Shown: positions 18,745 through 29,167, counted from the stretch's first letter. The stretch is DNA of 64,000 bases from Nanobdellota archaeon (GCA_038045705.1 JBBSXO010000003.1:128001-192000); one strand, 5' to 3'. Translations and numbers: made by a program. The notes: generated by a model not told the origin, from the sequence alone.

Positions 18745-21700
18745 TCAAATCCCTAGAGGAGGCGAATTACTTGAACTTGAAGCAACTTTTGCAAGATTAT
18801 TAAATCTATTTTTTCCAATCAAATATCTAAGGATGATCATAGAAGCAATAACAATTCCACCAATAAGCGCAACAATAACTATCCAAAAGATAATCTTTAT
18901 CTCAAAGACTCTTTCAAGAGGAGTAGGTAAGCTTTGGTCTTCACCTTCTGATTCATCAATCAAAGAGTCTACATTCAATTCAACATTATCTTGGGCATTG
19001 CTACAACCAGCATCTCTAGGATAATCAACTAGTCCATCACCATCATTGTCAACTCTATCATTACATTGAGTAACTAAAGGAGTAGTTCTTCTAGGAGGAC
19101 CACCAGTCCCACTTCCAGATCCAGAACCTGAGCCAGATCCACTTCCACTAGAAGAAGGGCATGCCCCACAATCAGAACTACAAGAAGAACAAGTCTCACT
19201 CAGGCTGCAGTAAGTGTCTCCACAACTAGAGTTTCTAGTACTATAATTACTAAATCCAGCAACATTCATACTAAATACACCATTAAGATAAGCCAAACTT
19301 TGACATGATGTAGAAGGACAAATAACATATCCAGTAGAACTTGAAACAACAGGAGTAGGTGCTTCCGAATAAGACAAACCTTCAAATGTTAAAACAGCAG
19401 TTTGATCAAGTTCAGGATTACTTAGAGCATCAACACCAATCAAATTATTTTCTATAGTTACAGCATCATCCAAATTCAAGGCCTGATGAATTCCAGAAGC
19501 ATTTCTCAAAACAGAAACTCTCTGTCCTAAGTATTGTATTCTTCCAGCTCCAGAAACTGCTAGAGACATATCTTGAACATTGCTTAAATCAGGAACAGCA
19601 AAGAAATTAGTAGTCAATGGAGAAATAAATCCAGTAACAGAAGGAACAGGACACCCATTCAAAGTACTAACAACTGTAGATATAGACGTATTAAGACATA
19701 AATCTAAATTATTTGGAACTGGTCCATCTGGAATACTGTCTCCATCATTATCAAAACTACAGATATTATTATAACACAATCCAGTAGTATATGTAGAACC
19801 AGCAATAACGCAATCAGAGCCAGAGCTTAATAGACAAGACTCTCCAAAATCACACAACAAACCAGCAGGTGTGCAAATAGGGCCACCGCCATCTCTACAG
19901 GTTTCATGAGAATCCTGAATACCATTACTACATTCAGCAAGAGTTCCTGTCTCTCCTTGCAAAGTCAATGTAACCCGACGGACAACGTTAGTAGTTTGAG
20001 ATGTTGCAGTAATAACTATGGGATAATTTTGTTCAACAACATTTCCAACATCTACATCAAGAGTTACATTACAAGTAGGATTAGGGTTTCCAGCACTAGG
20101 AGTACATCTATCTGATCCAACAAAACTAACAGAAGCTTCAGGAATAGATTGAGCAGACACAACAACTTCTTCTTGAGTCATTTCAACAAGACTCTCTAAT
20201 TTAACTTCGACATTAAATGAAGATCCAGAAACAACAGGAACTGTAGAAGGATTCAAAGTAGATAGATAACTAAATGGATAATTCACTCTAAGATTTTGCG
20301 GAGAAGAAGAAACAATACCATCTCCACTTATAACTCTTATTGCAAAATCACCTACTAATGTCCCTAATATTCCAGGAGGTAAAGACAATTGTATTAAGTT
20401 AGAATTAGCAACAGTTGTTAAAGGAGTTATATCTATTCCATTTGCAGTAACAAAAGCCAAAGGATCAAAATCATTTCCAACTAGATTAATAATATTATTA
20501 ACATTGTTAACAATAATATTAGGAGAAATAGAATTTATCACAGGACTAGATCTCAAAGTAAAAGTGAAAGAGTTAGAATTCAGTCCAGGAGCAGGAGTCG
20601 GATTTACAACACTAATGGAGTGAGTTCCAACTCTAAATGTTTCAGCCTCAATATTAAAAGAGATACTATTTCCAGTAATAACTAAGTTCTGACATTGCGT
20701 AGAACAAGGAACTCCATCAATTCTTAATTCAGCATTAGACGCAAAATATTGCCCATTAATAGTTAAAGCATTATCAGATCCCCACAAAAATATAGGGCTA
20801 GGAAGATTATTTATGTTATTTATAACTGGGCTCTGATCAACACAACCGCAAGAATTAGCATTACAACTTTGTGATTGAGAACAACCACTACTAGAATCAC
20901 ATGTAGCACCACACTGATTGATCCTACATTGATAAGAACCAGCACAAGTACCTGCATCTACACATCTATCTGGACTACCACTAGATTTAGTTCCACTAGT
21001 ACCAGCACATTCAACACACCATTGACAAAGATTACCAGGTGCAGTATTACAAGATGTACTTGTACTGTATCCAGAACAAGAACCAGCAGTTATTTGCACG
21101 TTAGAAGTCAAAGCATTTCCGCTTCTATAAGATATAGAAGAATCAATATCACATCTTGCAATTTGAGTTATTCCAGGAGTAGAAGAACTTAAACAATTAA
21201 AAGTAGCTGTACTTCCACTAGAACTAGATAAAGCACAAGTAGAGGAACCAATAAATCCATCTAATGCAACGGCAACATTTGCAGGATTTGAAGTACAAAC
21301 TAAATTAAAATTAGTATTTGCATTAACACTAGAAGGCGCATTTATGTTTGTAATCTGAATAGAACATCCACTATCTCCTTTAATTAAACCATCTCCACTT
21401 CCAATATAATCTCTTCCACCAGTAGCAATATTGAGTTCATCACAGTCATTATCCATACCATCAGAACACAAAGCAGAACCAGTTTCAACAGAAGCATAAT
21501 TGGGACTATGAGATGAATATGTCCCAGAAGTGCAAGCCTCAAACTCTCCATCAACACATCTAGCAACAGAACCTTGACAAACACCCTGTTGATTGCTACA
21601 AGGAATAGTATCAACACCATCAAGACAAGTAGTAGCTTCTATAGTCAAAGGTAACCAATTAGCAGAATACTGCAAGAAAGGATTGCCAGTAGGATCAAAT

Positions 21701-22800
21701 ACATTAGCATATTGATATTCTAAAGATGCAGGATCCTGTCCTTGAGGAATTACAAAAGTAAATGTATTGCTATCAACCCAATTACAATTATAATTACTTC
21801 CAACAAGGTAATTACAAACATCTATAGTCGTTTGAGTAAGTGTATCTCTTACAAAAATTGAATACTCTGGCATCAAATTAGTCCCGGTAATTGTAATTGG
21901 TCTTGCAATATTATGTCTTACAGTCCCGGGAGTTAATGTATTAATTACAGGAACAGGTGCATTCCTAATAGTAAGCTGCTGAGGTTGAGATTCTCGAAAA
22001 TTATCTAAATTAACAACCTTAATATCGTAAACATCTGCAATAGCATTTCTCTGTACAGGAAATCTAATTTCATTAACACTAACTCTAGAACAACCAAGAG
22101 TCGCAAAAGAACAATAAGGATCATAATTAGATTGTTCTTGAGGTTTATAAAAAATAGCAAAATTAACTGGAAGGTTATCTCCTAGCATAGAAACATCAGT
22201 TAAAACATGATTGTAAACAGGGTTAGGATTAAACGAATTAATAATAGGAGCATCAGATAAAGTAACTCCAGTAGCTGTATTTGACCAAGGAGATGATAAA
22301 ATTATATTATAAGCAAGAACTCTATAATCGTAAGAAGTGCTTGGCATAAGATTATTATGTATAAATGATTCTGTATTTGGAGGTAAACCATTAGCTCCCT
22401 GAACATCTGCCCAAGCAGACTCTGGAGCAGAAGATAATTTATATTGTAAAATAAATCCATCTTCACTATTACTTGGACTATTACTATTGTCAGTCCAATC
22501 CAGCCTTATAGAAGAAAAACTTAAAGGTGTAGCAGTTAAATCACTAGGTGGTAAAGGTGGTTCAGTTGGATCATCAGTAGGCTGTAAAAGAATGCCATCG
22601 ACAGGATTAACAAAAGGATAAATAATTTTAGACAAAACAGAATCTCCCAATTCATATTCGGAAGGTGAAGCCTCTCCAGTAGAAATATATTCTGCAACAC
22701 AAGGAAGAGAACCACAATTATTAGCATAATCTAAGTAAAGCACAAAAGCAGATAAAAAACTAAAAATAACAACTACAAATAAAAAACCATCTCTTTTCAT
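18745..22800 (-). CDS. Giant cell-surface protein B (FnIII, several IPT/TIG-like Ig domains, Cys-rich repeats, same C-terminal stalk/anchor as protein A)
   Basis: Start MKRDGFLFVVV at 22800; FnIII; repeated P.I.S..P....G..F Ig-like units; CSDGMDNDCD; C-terminus paralogous to 14811-18686. Confidence 0.85.
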   Translation of the reverse strand: MKRDGFLFVVVIFSFLSAFVLYLDYANNCGSLPCVAEYISTGEASPSEYELGDSVLSKIIYPFVNPVDGILLQPTDDPTEPPLPPSDLTATPLSFSSIRLDWTDNSNSPSNSEDGFILQYKLSSAPESAWADVQGANGLPPNTESFIHNNLMPSTSYDYRVLAYNIILSSPWSNTATGVTLSDAPIINSFNPNPVYNHVLTDVSMLGDNLPVNFAIFYKPQEQSNYDPYCSFATLGCSRVSVNEIRFPVQRNAIADVYDIKVVNLDNFRESQPQQLTIRNAPVPVINTLTPGTVRHNIARPITITGTNLMPEYSIFVRDTLTQTTIDVCNYLVGSNYNCNWVDSNTFTFVIPQGQDPASLEYQYANVFDPTGNPFLQYSANWLPLTIEATTCLDGVDTIPCSNQQGVCQGSVARCVDGEFEACTSGTYSSHSPNYASVETGSALCSDGMDNDCDELNIATGGRDYIGSGDGLIKGDSGCSIQITNINAPSSVNANTNFNLVCTSNPANVAVALDGFIGSSTCALSSSSGSTATFNCLSSSTPGITQIARCDIDSSISYRSGNALTSNVQITAGSCSGYSTSTSCNTAPGNLCQWCVECAGTSGTKSSGSPDRCVDAGTCAGSYQCRINQCGATCDSSSGCSQSQSCNANSCGCVDQSPVINNINNLPSPIFLWGSDNALTINGQYFASNAELRIDGVPCSTQCQNLVITGNSISFNIEAETFRVGTHSISVVNPTPAPGLNSNSFTFTLRSSPVINSISPNIIVNNVNNIINLVGNDFDPLAFVTANGIDITPLTTVANSNLIQLSLPPGILGTLVGDFAIRVISGDGIVSSSPQNLRVNYPFSYLSTLNPSTVPVVSGSSFNVEVKLESLVEMTQEEVVVSAQSIPEASVSFVGSDRCTPSAGNPNPTCNVTLDVDVGNVVEQNYPIVITATSQTTNVVRRVTLTLQGETGTLAECSNGIQDSHETCRDGGGPICTPAGLLCDFGESCLLSSGSDCVIAGSTYTTGLCYNNICSFDNDGDSIPDGPVPNNLDLCLNTSISTVVSTLNGCPVPSVTGFISPLTTNFFAVPDLSNVQDMSLAVSGAGRIQYLGQRVSVLRNASGIHQALNLDDAVTIENNLIGVDALSNPELDQTAVLTFEGLSYSEAPTPVVSSSTGYVICPSTSCQSLAYLNGVFSMNVAGFSNYSTRNSSCGDTYCSLSETCSSCSSDCGACPSSSGSGSGSGSGSGSGTGGPPRRTTPLVTQCNDRVDNDGDGLVDYPRDAGCSNAQDNVELNVDSLIDESEGEDQSLPTPLERVFEIKIIFWIVIVALIGGIVIASMIILRYLIGKNRFNNLAKVASSSSNSPPLGI

Positions 22801-22914
22801 TACAATAGATATAACTAAGTCATTTATAAAGTTTATTCTAAAAATTACTAGATTATTAATAACTATATCTTTAATGGTAACAAACAATATAAAGCAAAAT
22901 CCATCTGCAACACA

Positions 22915-24927
22915 ATGGAGCTTGGAAAGAAACAAGAATTGGAACTAGAAGCAAAAAGATTCTTTGAAAGCTATAAGAAAGAAATATTTCAATCAATAAG
23001 AGGAGGAGGTCAAGTTGTAATTTTAGAATTCGATATGTTATCTAGATTTTCTCCAATGCTTTCTGAAAAGCTCTTAGAAATTCCAGAAGAAATAACTGCA
23101 CTATTAGAAATCTCATTGGATGAGACTGGTCTCATAAAAAATCCAAGAATCAGATTCAAAACACTTCCAGATTCGGTAAAAATAAAAATAAAAGAAATTC
23201 GTGCAAAACACCTAGATCAATTTATTGCAATTGAAGGAATAGTAAGACAAGCTTCAGATGTTAGACCACAAGTTGTAAACGCAAGATTCGAGTGTCCTAC
23301 ATGTGGTGCAATTTTATCAGTTCTTCAAATAGACAGAAAGTTTCGTGAGCCTTCAAGATGTTCCTGTGGGAGAAAAGGTCTATTCAAATTATTATCAAAA
23401 GAAATGGTTGATGCTCAGCGTCTAGTGATTGAGGAATCTCCCGACTCACTAGATGGAGGTGAACAACCAAGAAGAATGAATGTTTTTCTGAAAGAAGACT
23501 TAGTAGATCCTAAAATGGAAGAGAGAACAACTCCAGGAAGCAAGGTAAAAATAATTGGAGTTCTAAAAGAAGTCCCTGTTCCACTACCACAAGGCTCTAT
23601 TTCAACAAGATTTGATTTAGCAATTGAAGCCAATAATGCAATCCCTTTAGAAGAAACATTCGATGATTTAGAAGTTAATGAAAAAGATGAAGAAGAGATA
23701 AGGAAAATAGCATCGGATCCAAAAGCTTTTGAAAAGTTAGCATCAAGTATAGCTCCTAGTGTATATGGTTTCAAAGAAGTGAAAGAAGCAATTCTATTAC
23801 AATTATTTTCAGGAGTAAAAAAGAAGCGTTCTGACGGGGGAAATACGAGGGGAGATATTCATATTTTATTAGTAGGAGATCCAGGAGTAGCAAAATCAGT
23901 TACTTTAAAATTTGTATCAAGTATTGCTCCAAAGGGACGTTATGTTTCAGGTAAAGCTACAACTGGAGCTGGGTTGACTGCAAGTGTAATAAAAGATGAG
24001 TTTCTAAAGGGCTGGTCTTTAGAAGCAGGAGCAATGGTGTTAGCAAATAAAGGTTTAATAGCCATTGATGAAATTGAAAAAATGGACGAACATGATCGTT
24101 CAACTATGCATGAAGCGATGGAACAACAAAGCGTAACAATATCTAAAGCTAATATTCAGGCAACATTAAGATCTGAAACATCTGTTCTAGCTGCAGGAAA
24201 TCCAAAACTAGGAAGATTTGACCCAATAATTCCAATTCCTCAACAAATTAACATTTCTCCAGCGCTTTTAAGCCGTTTTGACGTAATTTTTGTTTTGAGA
24301 GACTTGCCCAATAGAGTGCAAGATGAAGCAATCGCATCACATGTTTTAGAAGAACATAAGCAAGAAGTAGAGAGAGATGTAATTAATCCAAAAATGTTAC
24401 GTAAATATATTGCATACGCTAGAAAAAAAGTAAAACCCAAGTTAACAGATGAGGCAGCCGATGAAATAAAAGAATTCTATATATCCATACGTAATAAAGC
24501 AATCACTTCAAATTCAGAAGTAAAAGCAATCCCTATTACTGCAAGACAGTTAGAAGCAATAGTAAGATTATCAGAAGCATGTGCAAAAATTAGATTAAGC
24601 AATTACGTTGCTTTAGAAGATGCAAGAAGAGCCATAGCACTCTTAAAATATTCAATGATGCAAGTAGGTTTTGACCAAGAAACCCAATCATTTGATATTG
24701 ATAGAGTCACAACAGGAATACCCGCATCAAAGAGGAATAAAATTATAGTAGTTCGAGACACAATAGCAAAGTTAGAATCAAGTCTAGGAAAACTAATACC
24801 TACAATAGAATTAGAAAAAGAAATAGGGGAAAAACTATCAAAAGAAGAAATAGAAGATGCATTAAATCAACTTTCAAAATCAGGAGATATCTTTAAACCC
24901 AAAGCAGGTTATATTCAGAAACTTTAA
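22915..24927 (+). CDS. mcm: Replicative helicase MCM
   Basis: Zn finger, GDPGVAKS, IDEIEKM, SRFD, TARQLE; C-terminal winged helix; no intein. Confidence 0.97.
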   Translation: MELGKKQELELEAKRFFESYKKEIFQSIRGGGQVVILEFDMLSRFSPMLSEKLLEIPEEITALLEISLDETGLIKNPRIRFKTLPDSVKIKIKEIRAKHLDQFIAIEGIVRQASDVRPQVVNARFECPTCGAILSVLQIDRKFREPSRCSCGRKGLFKLLSKEMVDAQRLVIEESPDSLDGGEQPRRMNVFLKEDLVDPKMEERTTPGSKVKIIGVLKEVPVPLPQGSISTRFDLAIEANNAIPLEETFDDLEVNEKDEEEIRKIASDPKAFEKLASSIAPSVYGFKEVKEAILLQLFSGVKKKRSDGGNTRGDIHILLVGDPGVAKSVTLKFVSSIAPKGRYVSGKATTGAGLTASVIKDEFLKGWSLEAGAMVLANKGLIAIDEIEKMDEHDRSTMHEAMEQQSVTISKANIQATLRSETSVLAAGNPKLGRFDPIIPIPQQINISPALLSRFDVIFVLRDLPNRVQDEAIASHVLEEHKQEVERDVINPKMLRKYIAYARKKVKPKLTDEAADEIKEFYISIRNKAITSNSEVKAIPITARQLEAIVRLSEACAKIRLSNYVALEDARRAIALLKYSMMQVGFDQETQSFDIDRVTTGIPASKRNKIIVVRDTIAKLESSLGKLIPTIELEKEIGEKLSKEEIEDALNQLSKSGDIFKPKAGYIQKL

Positions 24928-25008
24928 CAAAGCACATATTACTCATAAAAAGTAACCACAACTCAAAGAAACGAACATTTATATATTAGTTATACAATAT
25001 AGTTATAC

Positions 25009-25239
25009 ATGGCAATTGAAGTAAAAACGAAAAAATGGGGAAATTCAATAGGAATAATTATCCCTAGTGAAACAATAGATAAACTAAATATAAAACCAGA
25101 AGAAAGAATAATAATACAAATTGAAAGAAAGACAAACGTATTGAAAGAAATGTTTGGAAAGGCTAAATTCAAAAAATCTGCTAAAGAAATGATAGAAGAA
25201 TTTAGAAGGGGAGCTGAAAGTAAATGGATGAGGAAATAA
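25009..25239 (+). CDS. AbrB/MazE-type antitoxin
   Basis: KKWGNSIGIIIP motif. Confidence 0.9.
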   Translation: MAIEVKTKKWGNSIGIIIPSETIDKLNIKPEERIIIQIERKTNVLKEMFGKAKFKKSAKEMIEEFRRGAESKWMRK

Positions 25240-25598
25240 AGTTCCTCGATACCTATGTATTAATAGAAATCTACTTAGGAAATGAGAAATTTACAAGTTA
25301 CTCTAATAAAGATTTTATTATTAATGACTTGATTTTAGCAGAATTTTATGGAGTTATGTTAAAAGATTATGGAAAAAGTGAGGCAGATATATGGTTTAAC
25401 AAGTTAGAAGAGTATTCTGTTCCAGTAAATAAAGAAATCTTAAAAGAAGCAGTAAAATTCAGACAAGAGAATAAAAAGAAAGATTTATCATTCTTTGATG
25501 CAGTAGGATACATCTTTGCACTAAGGAATAACTACAAATTTGTTACAGGAGACAAAGAGTTTGAACATCTAATAAATGTAGAATTCAAGAAAAAATAG
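25224..25598 (+). CDS. vapC: VapC PIN-domain toxin
   Basis: FLDTYVLIE...LSFFDAVGY...VTGDKEF. Confidence 0.9.
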   Translation: MDEEIKFLDTYVLIEIYLGNEKFTSYSNKDFIINDLILAEFYGVMLKDYGKSEADIWFNKLEEYSVPVNKEILKEAVKFRQENKKKDLSFFDAVGYIFALRNNYKFVTGDKEFEHLINVEFKKK

Positions 25599-25602
25599 AG
25601 AG

Positions 25603-25851
25603 TTATAATCTAATATCTTCGCAACCATCAGGTCTAGGAAGACCATATTCGCCAGCAGTATAAACTGCACATCCTCTTCTAAAAACTTCAATTGGGAGTC
25701 TCTCAATAGCTTTTGACATATCAACATCATATAATTTTCCCAATCTTTGTAACAATTCAGGATGCCACCAACATCTATTATGTCCTGTTAATTCAACCCA
25801 CTCTCTTAATATTCTTTCAGTTTCTCTTGCCTTATCTTCAAGTTCATTCAT
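25603..25851 (-). CDS. Small hypothetical protein
   Basis: 82 aa with GHNRCWWHPE and FRRGC motifs; own TATA upstream. Confidence 0.65.
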   Translation of the reverse strand: MNELEDKARETERILREWVELTGHNRCWWHPELLQRLGKLYDVDMSKAIERLPIEVFRRGCAVYTAGEYGLPRPDGCEDIRL

Positions 25852-25933
25852 AAAAGTAATTTAAAAGAATTAGTTATAAGTTTTATTATTCAGAACAACA
25901 ATAATTATAAACTAAACCTTGTAAAAAACAAAA

Positions 25934-26545
25934 ATGGCAGAAGAATTCAAGAGGCACACAGCATACAAACTAAAAATTGGAGATATATTAGTGGGAAACC
26001 AAATAACTGATGGAGAACGTTTAAAATTTATAGAAACAAACGGAAAAAATGTAGCTAGAGTTAATTTAATAGCGAACGTAGTTGATAAATTCATCCAAGA
26101 TGATGAAAAGAAATTTGCATCTATAACCTTAGATGATGCATCAGGTCAAATAAAACTAAAGACATTTGGTGAAGATATAGAAAAATTAAAAGCATTTGAA
26201 CAAGGAGATACCATCTTAGCAATTGGAATGGTTAGAGAATGGAATAAAGAGATTTATGTAACTCCTGAAATAATAAAGAAAAAACAACCAGAGTATCTTC
26301 TTTTGAGAAAATTAGAAAATGATAAAATGAAACCTTCAGAAACAGATAGAAAAGAAATTACAGAACTAAAAGACAAATTGATCGTTATAATAAAACGTGA
26401 AGATCAAAATGGTGGAGCAGATATAAAGAAACTAACAGAAGAGTTACAATCAAAACCAGAAACAATAAACCAGGAAATCCGCAAGTTGTTAGAAGAAGGT
26501 GCGATTTATGAACCTCGCCCTGGTAAGGTAAGATATCTGGGATAA
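25934..26545 (+). CDS. RPA2/RPA32-like OB-fold + winged-helix ssDNA-binding protein
   Basis: RVNLIANVVDK...LDDASGQI OB fold; C-terminal LLEEGAIYEPRPG winged helix. Confidence 0.85.
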   Translation: MAEEFKRHTAYKLKIGDILVGNQITDGERLKFIETNGKNVARVNLIANVVDKFIQDDEKKFASITLDDASGQIKLKTFGEDIEKLKAFEQGDTILAIGMVREWNKEIYVTPEIIKKKQPEYLLLRKLENDKMKPSETDRKEITELKDKLIVIIKREDQNGGADIKKLTEELQSKPETINQEIRKLLEEGAIYEPRPGKVRYLG

Positions 26546-26546
26546 T

Positions 26547-27026
26547 ATGAATATTATTTCAGATAATGAAGATGCAAATCAATTTATAGAACAAGCAGTA
26601 AAAGTAGCTCTAAAAGCAACATGTCAAAGATCAAAATGCGGATCAGTAATAGTCAAAGACAAGATTATAATTGGAGAAGGCTTTAACTCTCCACCAAACG
26701 GCTTAGAGTCACAAAGAAGATGCATAAATAATAAAGAGTCCTATCACAAAAAGATCACTGACAAAACATGTTGCATTCATGCAGAACAAAGAGCAATAAT
26801 GGATGCACTAAAAAGAAATCCAACAAAAATAAGTGGTTCAAAGCTATATTTCATAAGACTAAATGAAGAAAATAAAAAATCTTTTGCAGGTAATCCATAT
26901 TGCACAATCTGTAGTAAAATGGCATTAGATGCAGGAATAAAAGAATTCATTTTGATGCACGAAGATGGAATCAAAATATACAACACGGAAGAATACAATT
27001 CACTATCTTATAATTTCAAATGGTAA
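26547..27026 (+). CDS. dCMP/cytidine deaminase-family zinc enzyme
   Basis: ATCQRSKCGSVIV, GFN, HAEQRA, PYCTIC. Confidence 0.85.
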   Translation: MNIISDNEDANQFIEQAVKVALKATCQRSKCGSVIVKDKIIIGEGFNSPPNGLESQRRCINNKESYHKKITDKTCCIHAEQRAIMDALKRNPTKISGSKLYFIRLNEENKKSFAGNPYCTICSKMALDAGIKEFILMHEDGIKIYNTEEYNSLSYNFKW

Positions 27027-27605
27027 TTATCTTCTAAACTTTCCCTTTATCTTCGAAAGTGTAGAATCATGTTTCTTATTGAACCTAAGAGCCACCCAAA
27101 TCAAAACAATCAACAAAACAAATAGTAAAAGGAATCTCCAACTATCTGTGAAGTTTCTCCAATTCTTAACAACACCATAAAATACAGACCAAATTCCAGA
27201 AGCCATTAAAGCGCTTCCGACAGGTTCAGTTGAAAGTAAAAATAACCCAGCTACAAAAACTAAAATACCTACCAATATAGCAATGATAAAAACTCTCTGT
27301 GAATGCTTATCAAGAGCATTTTCATAATCTATACTGCAACCATCACAATATCCATCAATAGCACAGCCATTAGAGTCATATTCATAAACAAATTGTCCCT
27401 TAGACTCCCAACACTGCTCAGCCTTAGTTTGCAAATCAGGAAGATTAGAACATGAAGTAGGTTCTTTGATTCCTATAGGACCAGCATGATTCGTACAAAA
27501 ATCATCCCATTGAGGAGTAGGATAAAAAGTCTCTAGACCCTGAAAAAGGGAAAGAGCAAACACAATAAATATACCCAATCCTAAAATAAACTTCTTGAAT
27601 TTCAC
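27027..27605 (-). CDS. Membrane protein with Cys-rich extracellular loop
   Basis: GTG start; one TM, a loop with six Cys, then three TM helices. Confidence 0.75.
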   Translation of the reverse strand: MKFKKFILGLGIFIVFALSLFQGLETFYPTPQWDDFCTNHAGPIGIKEPTSCSNLPDLQTKAEQCWESKGQFVYEYDSNGCAIDGYCDGCSIDYENALDKHSQRVFIIAILVGILVFVAGLFLLSTEPVGSALMASGIWSVFYGVVKNWRNFTDSWRFLLLFVLLIVLIWVALRFNKKHDSTLSKIKGKFRR

Positions 27606-27656
27606 AAGATACTAAGATAAATCAAATTTATAAACCTTCATAAGCCTTCAAATTAA

Positions 27657-28067
27657 ATGGAATCATATGAACAAATGTTAGAATCTGCATATAAAAAAAT
27701 AAAAGTAGTTCAAACTTCAGGAGACAGATTTGAAATTCCTAAAGTCCAAGGAAAAGTCCAAGGTAAAAATACATTCATCACAAACATTAACGAAATAGCT
27801 TCTTATATAAGAAGACCTGTAGAGCATTTAGCAAAATTCCTTCAAAAAGAGCTTGCAGTTTCAGGATTATTAGAAAAAGACAGATTGATGCTAAAAACAA
27901 TGTTAAATTCAACAAAAGTAAATGAAAAGGTAGAAGTTTATGTAAAAGAGTTTGTAACTTGTACTGAATGTAAGAAACCAGACACTGAAGTAATAACTGA
28001 AAAGGGTATAAAGTTCAAACACTGTTTGGCCTGTGGAGCTAAATCTCCAATCAGATATAATTTGTAA
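27657..28067 (+). CDS. eif2b: Translation initiation factor aIF-2 subunit beta
   Basis: YEQMLESAY, DRFEIP, CxECKKPDT, CLACGA. Confidence 0.95.
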   Translation: MESYEQMLESAYKKIKVVQTSGDRFEIPKVQGKVQGKNTFITNINEIASYIRRPVEHLAKFLQKELAVSGLLEKDRLMLKTMLNSTKVNEKVEVYVKEFVTCTECKKPDTEVITEKGIKFKHCLACGAKSPIRYNL

Positions 28068-28181
28068 ATGAAAATTGAAAAGAGAAGACATAGAAAACAA
28101 AGGATTTCAGATAATTTCTCTCAAATAACGCAGAAGAAACATTTAAAACAGCCCTAAATTTATGAGATACGGAGGTTAAAC

Positions 28182-28355
28182 ATGGCTAAACCAAAACAGG
28201 AGTTCTATGATGTTAAGACTAAAAACAAATTTAGTACTGATAATTATAAGCTCGTAGAAAGAAGTGGAAGATTCTTTATTGTTGCAAAATCCCCTACTGG
28301 AACCCACGAATGCTGGAGAGTAGTAGGAAAAGATGCAGCAGCAAAGCTAAAATAA
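28182..28355 (+). CDS. CC1-like small chromatin/DNA-binding protein; not in ORF track
   Basis: MAKPKQEFYDVKTKNKFSTDNYKLVERSGRFFIVAKSPTGTHECWRVVGKDAAAKLK (57 aa); pattern FYDxKxKxxFxTDxY...FxVAKSP.TG...R..GK matches Thermoproteales CC1 as recalled; GGAGGT SD at 28171-28176. Confidence 0.8.
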   Translation: MAKPKQEFYDVKTKNKFSTDNYKLVERSGRFFIVAKSPTGTHECWRVVGKDAAAKLK

Positions 28356-28397
28356 TCAAATAAATTTTAATTTTTTTATATTTTATAATTAATTAAC

Positions 28398-28694
28398 ATG
28401 TGGGTAAAAATCCATTCATCCACAAGAAAAGTAATCGCTATATGTGATGAAGACTTATTAGGAAAGAAATTCGAACAAGGAATAAAACAATTAGATGTTA
28501 AAGAATCTTTCTTTAAAGGGGAAAAGATTCAAAAAGAAGACCTAATTCCATTAATGAAACATGAATTCAAAGAAGGTTCAACTTTTAACATTGTAGGAAA
28601 AGAATCAATTAAAACAGCTATAGAAGCTGGAATAATTGAAAAAAATAGTTCATTAAAAGTCAAGAATATACCTTTTATTTTAATAATCAACTGA
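28398..28694 (+). CDS. DUF424 family protein
   Basis: VIAICDEDLLGKKF...FFKGE...NIVGKESI...AGII. Confidence 0.85.
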   Translation: MWVKIHSSTRKVIAICDEDLLGKKFEQGIKQLDVKESFFKGEKIQKEDLIPLMKHEFKEGSTFNIVGKESIKTAIEAGIIEKNSSLKVKNIPFILIIN

Positions 28695-28786
28695 TTAGAT
28701 AAATTTTAAACATGGAGCAGGTGACTACGAAGGTTCAAAAAATTCTGACAGGAAGCTTTTAAAACCCTGTTCTTCCTAGAAAAAAT

Positions 28787-29167
28787 ATGCAAGAAGAAGA
28801 AGATAATGAGTTTGGAGATTTTGAAGAAATTCTAGATGACTCTCAAGAAGAGCAAGAAGAAACACCTGTAGAACAGGAAGGCTTCGTAAGAGCTCGCTGG
28901 CCAAAAAATGGTGAGATCATAGGAACCATAATTCAAAGATATGGTGGAAACAGGATGGAAGTTCTTACAACTGATGGAAAAACAAGAAATTGCAGAGTCC
29001 CAGGAAAATACAAAAGGCAATTATGGTTGAGACCAAAAGATATTATCTTGGTAAAGCTATGGGAATTTGATAAAGAAAAAGGAGATATAATATACAAATA
29101 CAAACCCAATGAAGTCACCCAACTAAAGAAAAAGGGACTTCTAAACGCCCTAACAACAGAATTCTAA
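28787..29167 (+). CDS. eif1a: Translation initiation factor aIF-1A
   Basis: GGNRMEV...DGKTRNCRVPGK...W...KGDIIYKY; acidic N-terminal extension. Confidence 0.95.
   Translation: MQEEEDNEFGDFEEILDDSQEEQEETPVEQEGFVRARWPKNGEIIGTIIQRYGGNRMEVLTTDGKTRNCRVPGKYKRQLWLRPKDIILVKLWEFDKEKGDIIYKYKPNEVTQLKKKGLLNALTTEF

Noticed and set aside
22801-22935. N-terminal extension of track ORF 18745-22935
   Set aside because: Overlaps the mcm start and the divergent promoter region; the signal peptide begins at 22800.
28068-28157. 29-aa ORF MKIEKRRHRKQ... after aIF2-beta
   Set aside because: No motif, and it runs through the TATA box of the CC1-like gene; probably chance.
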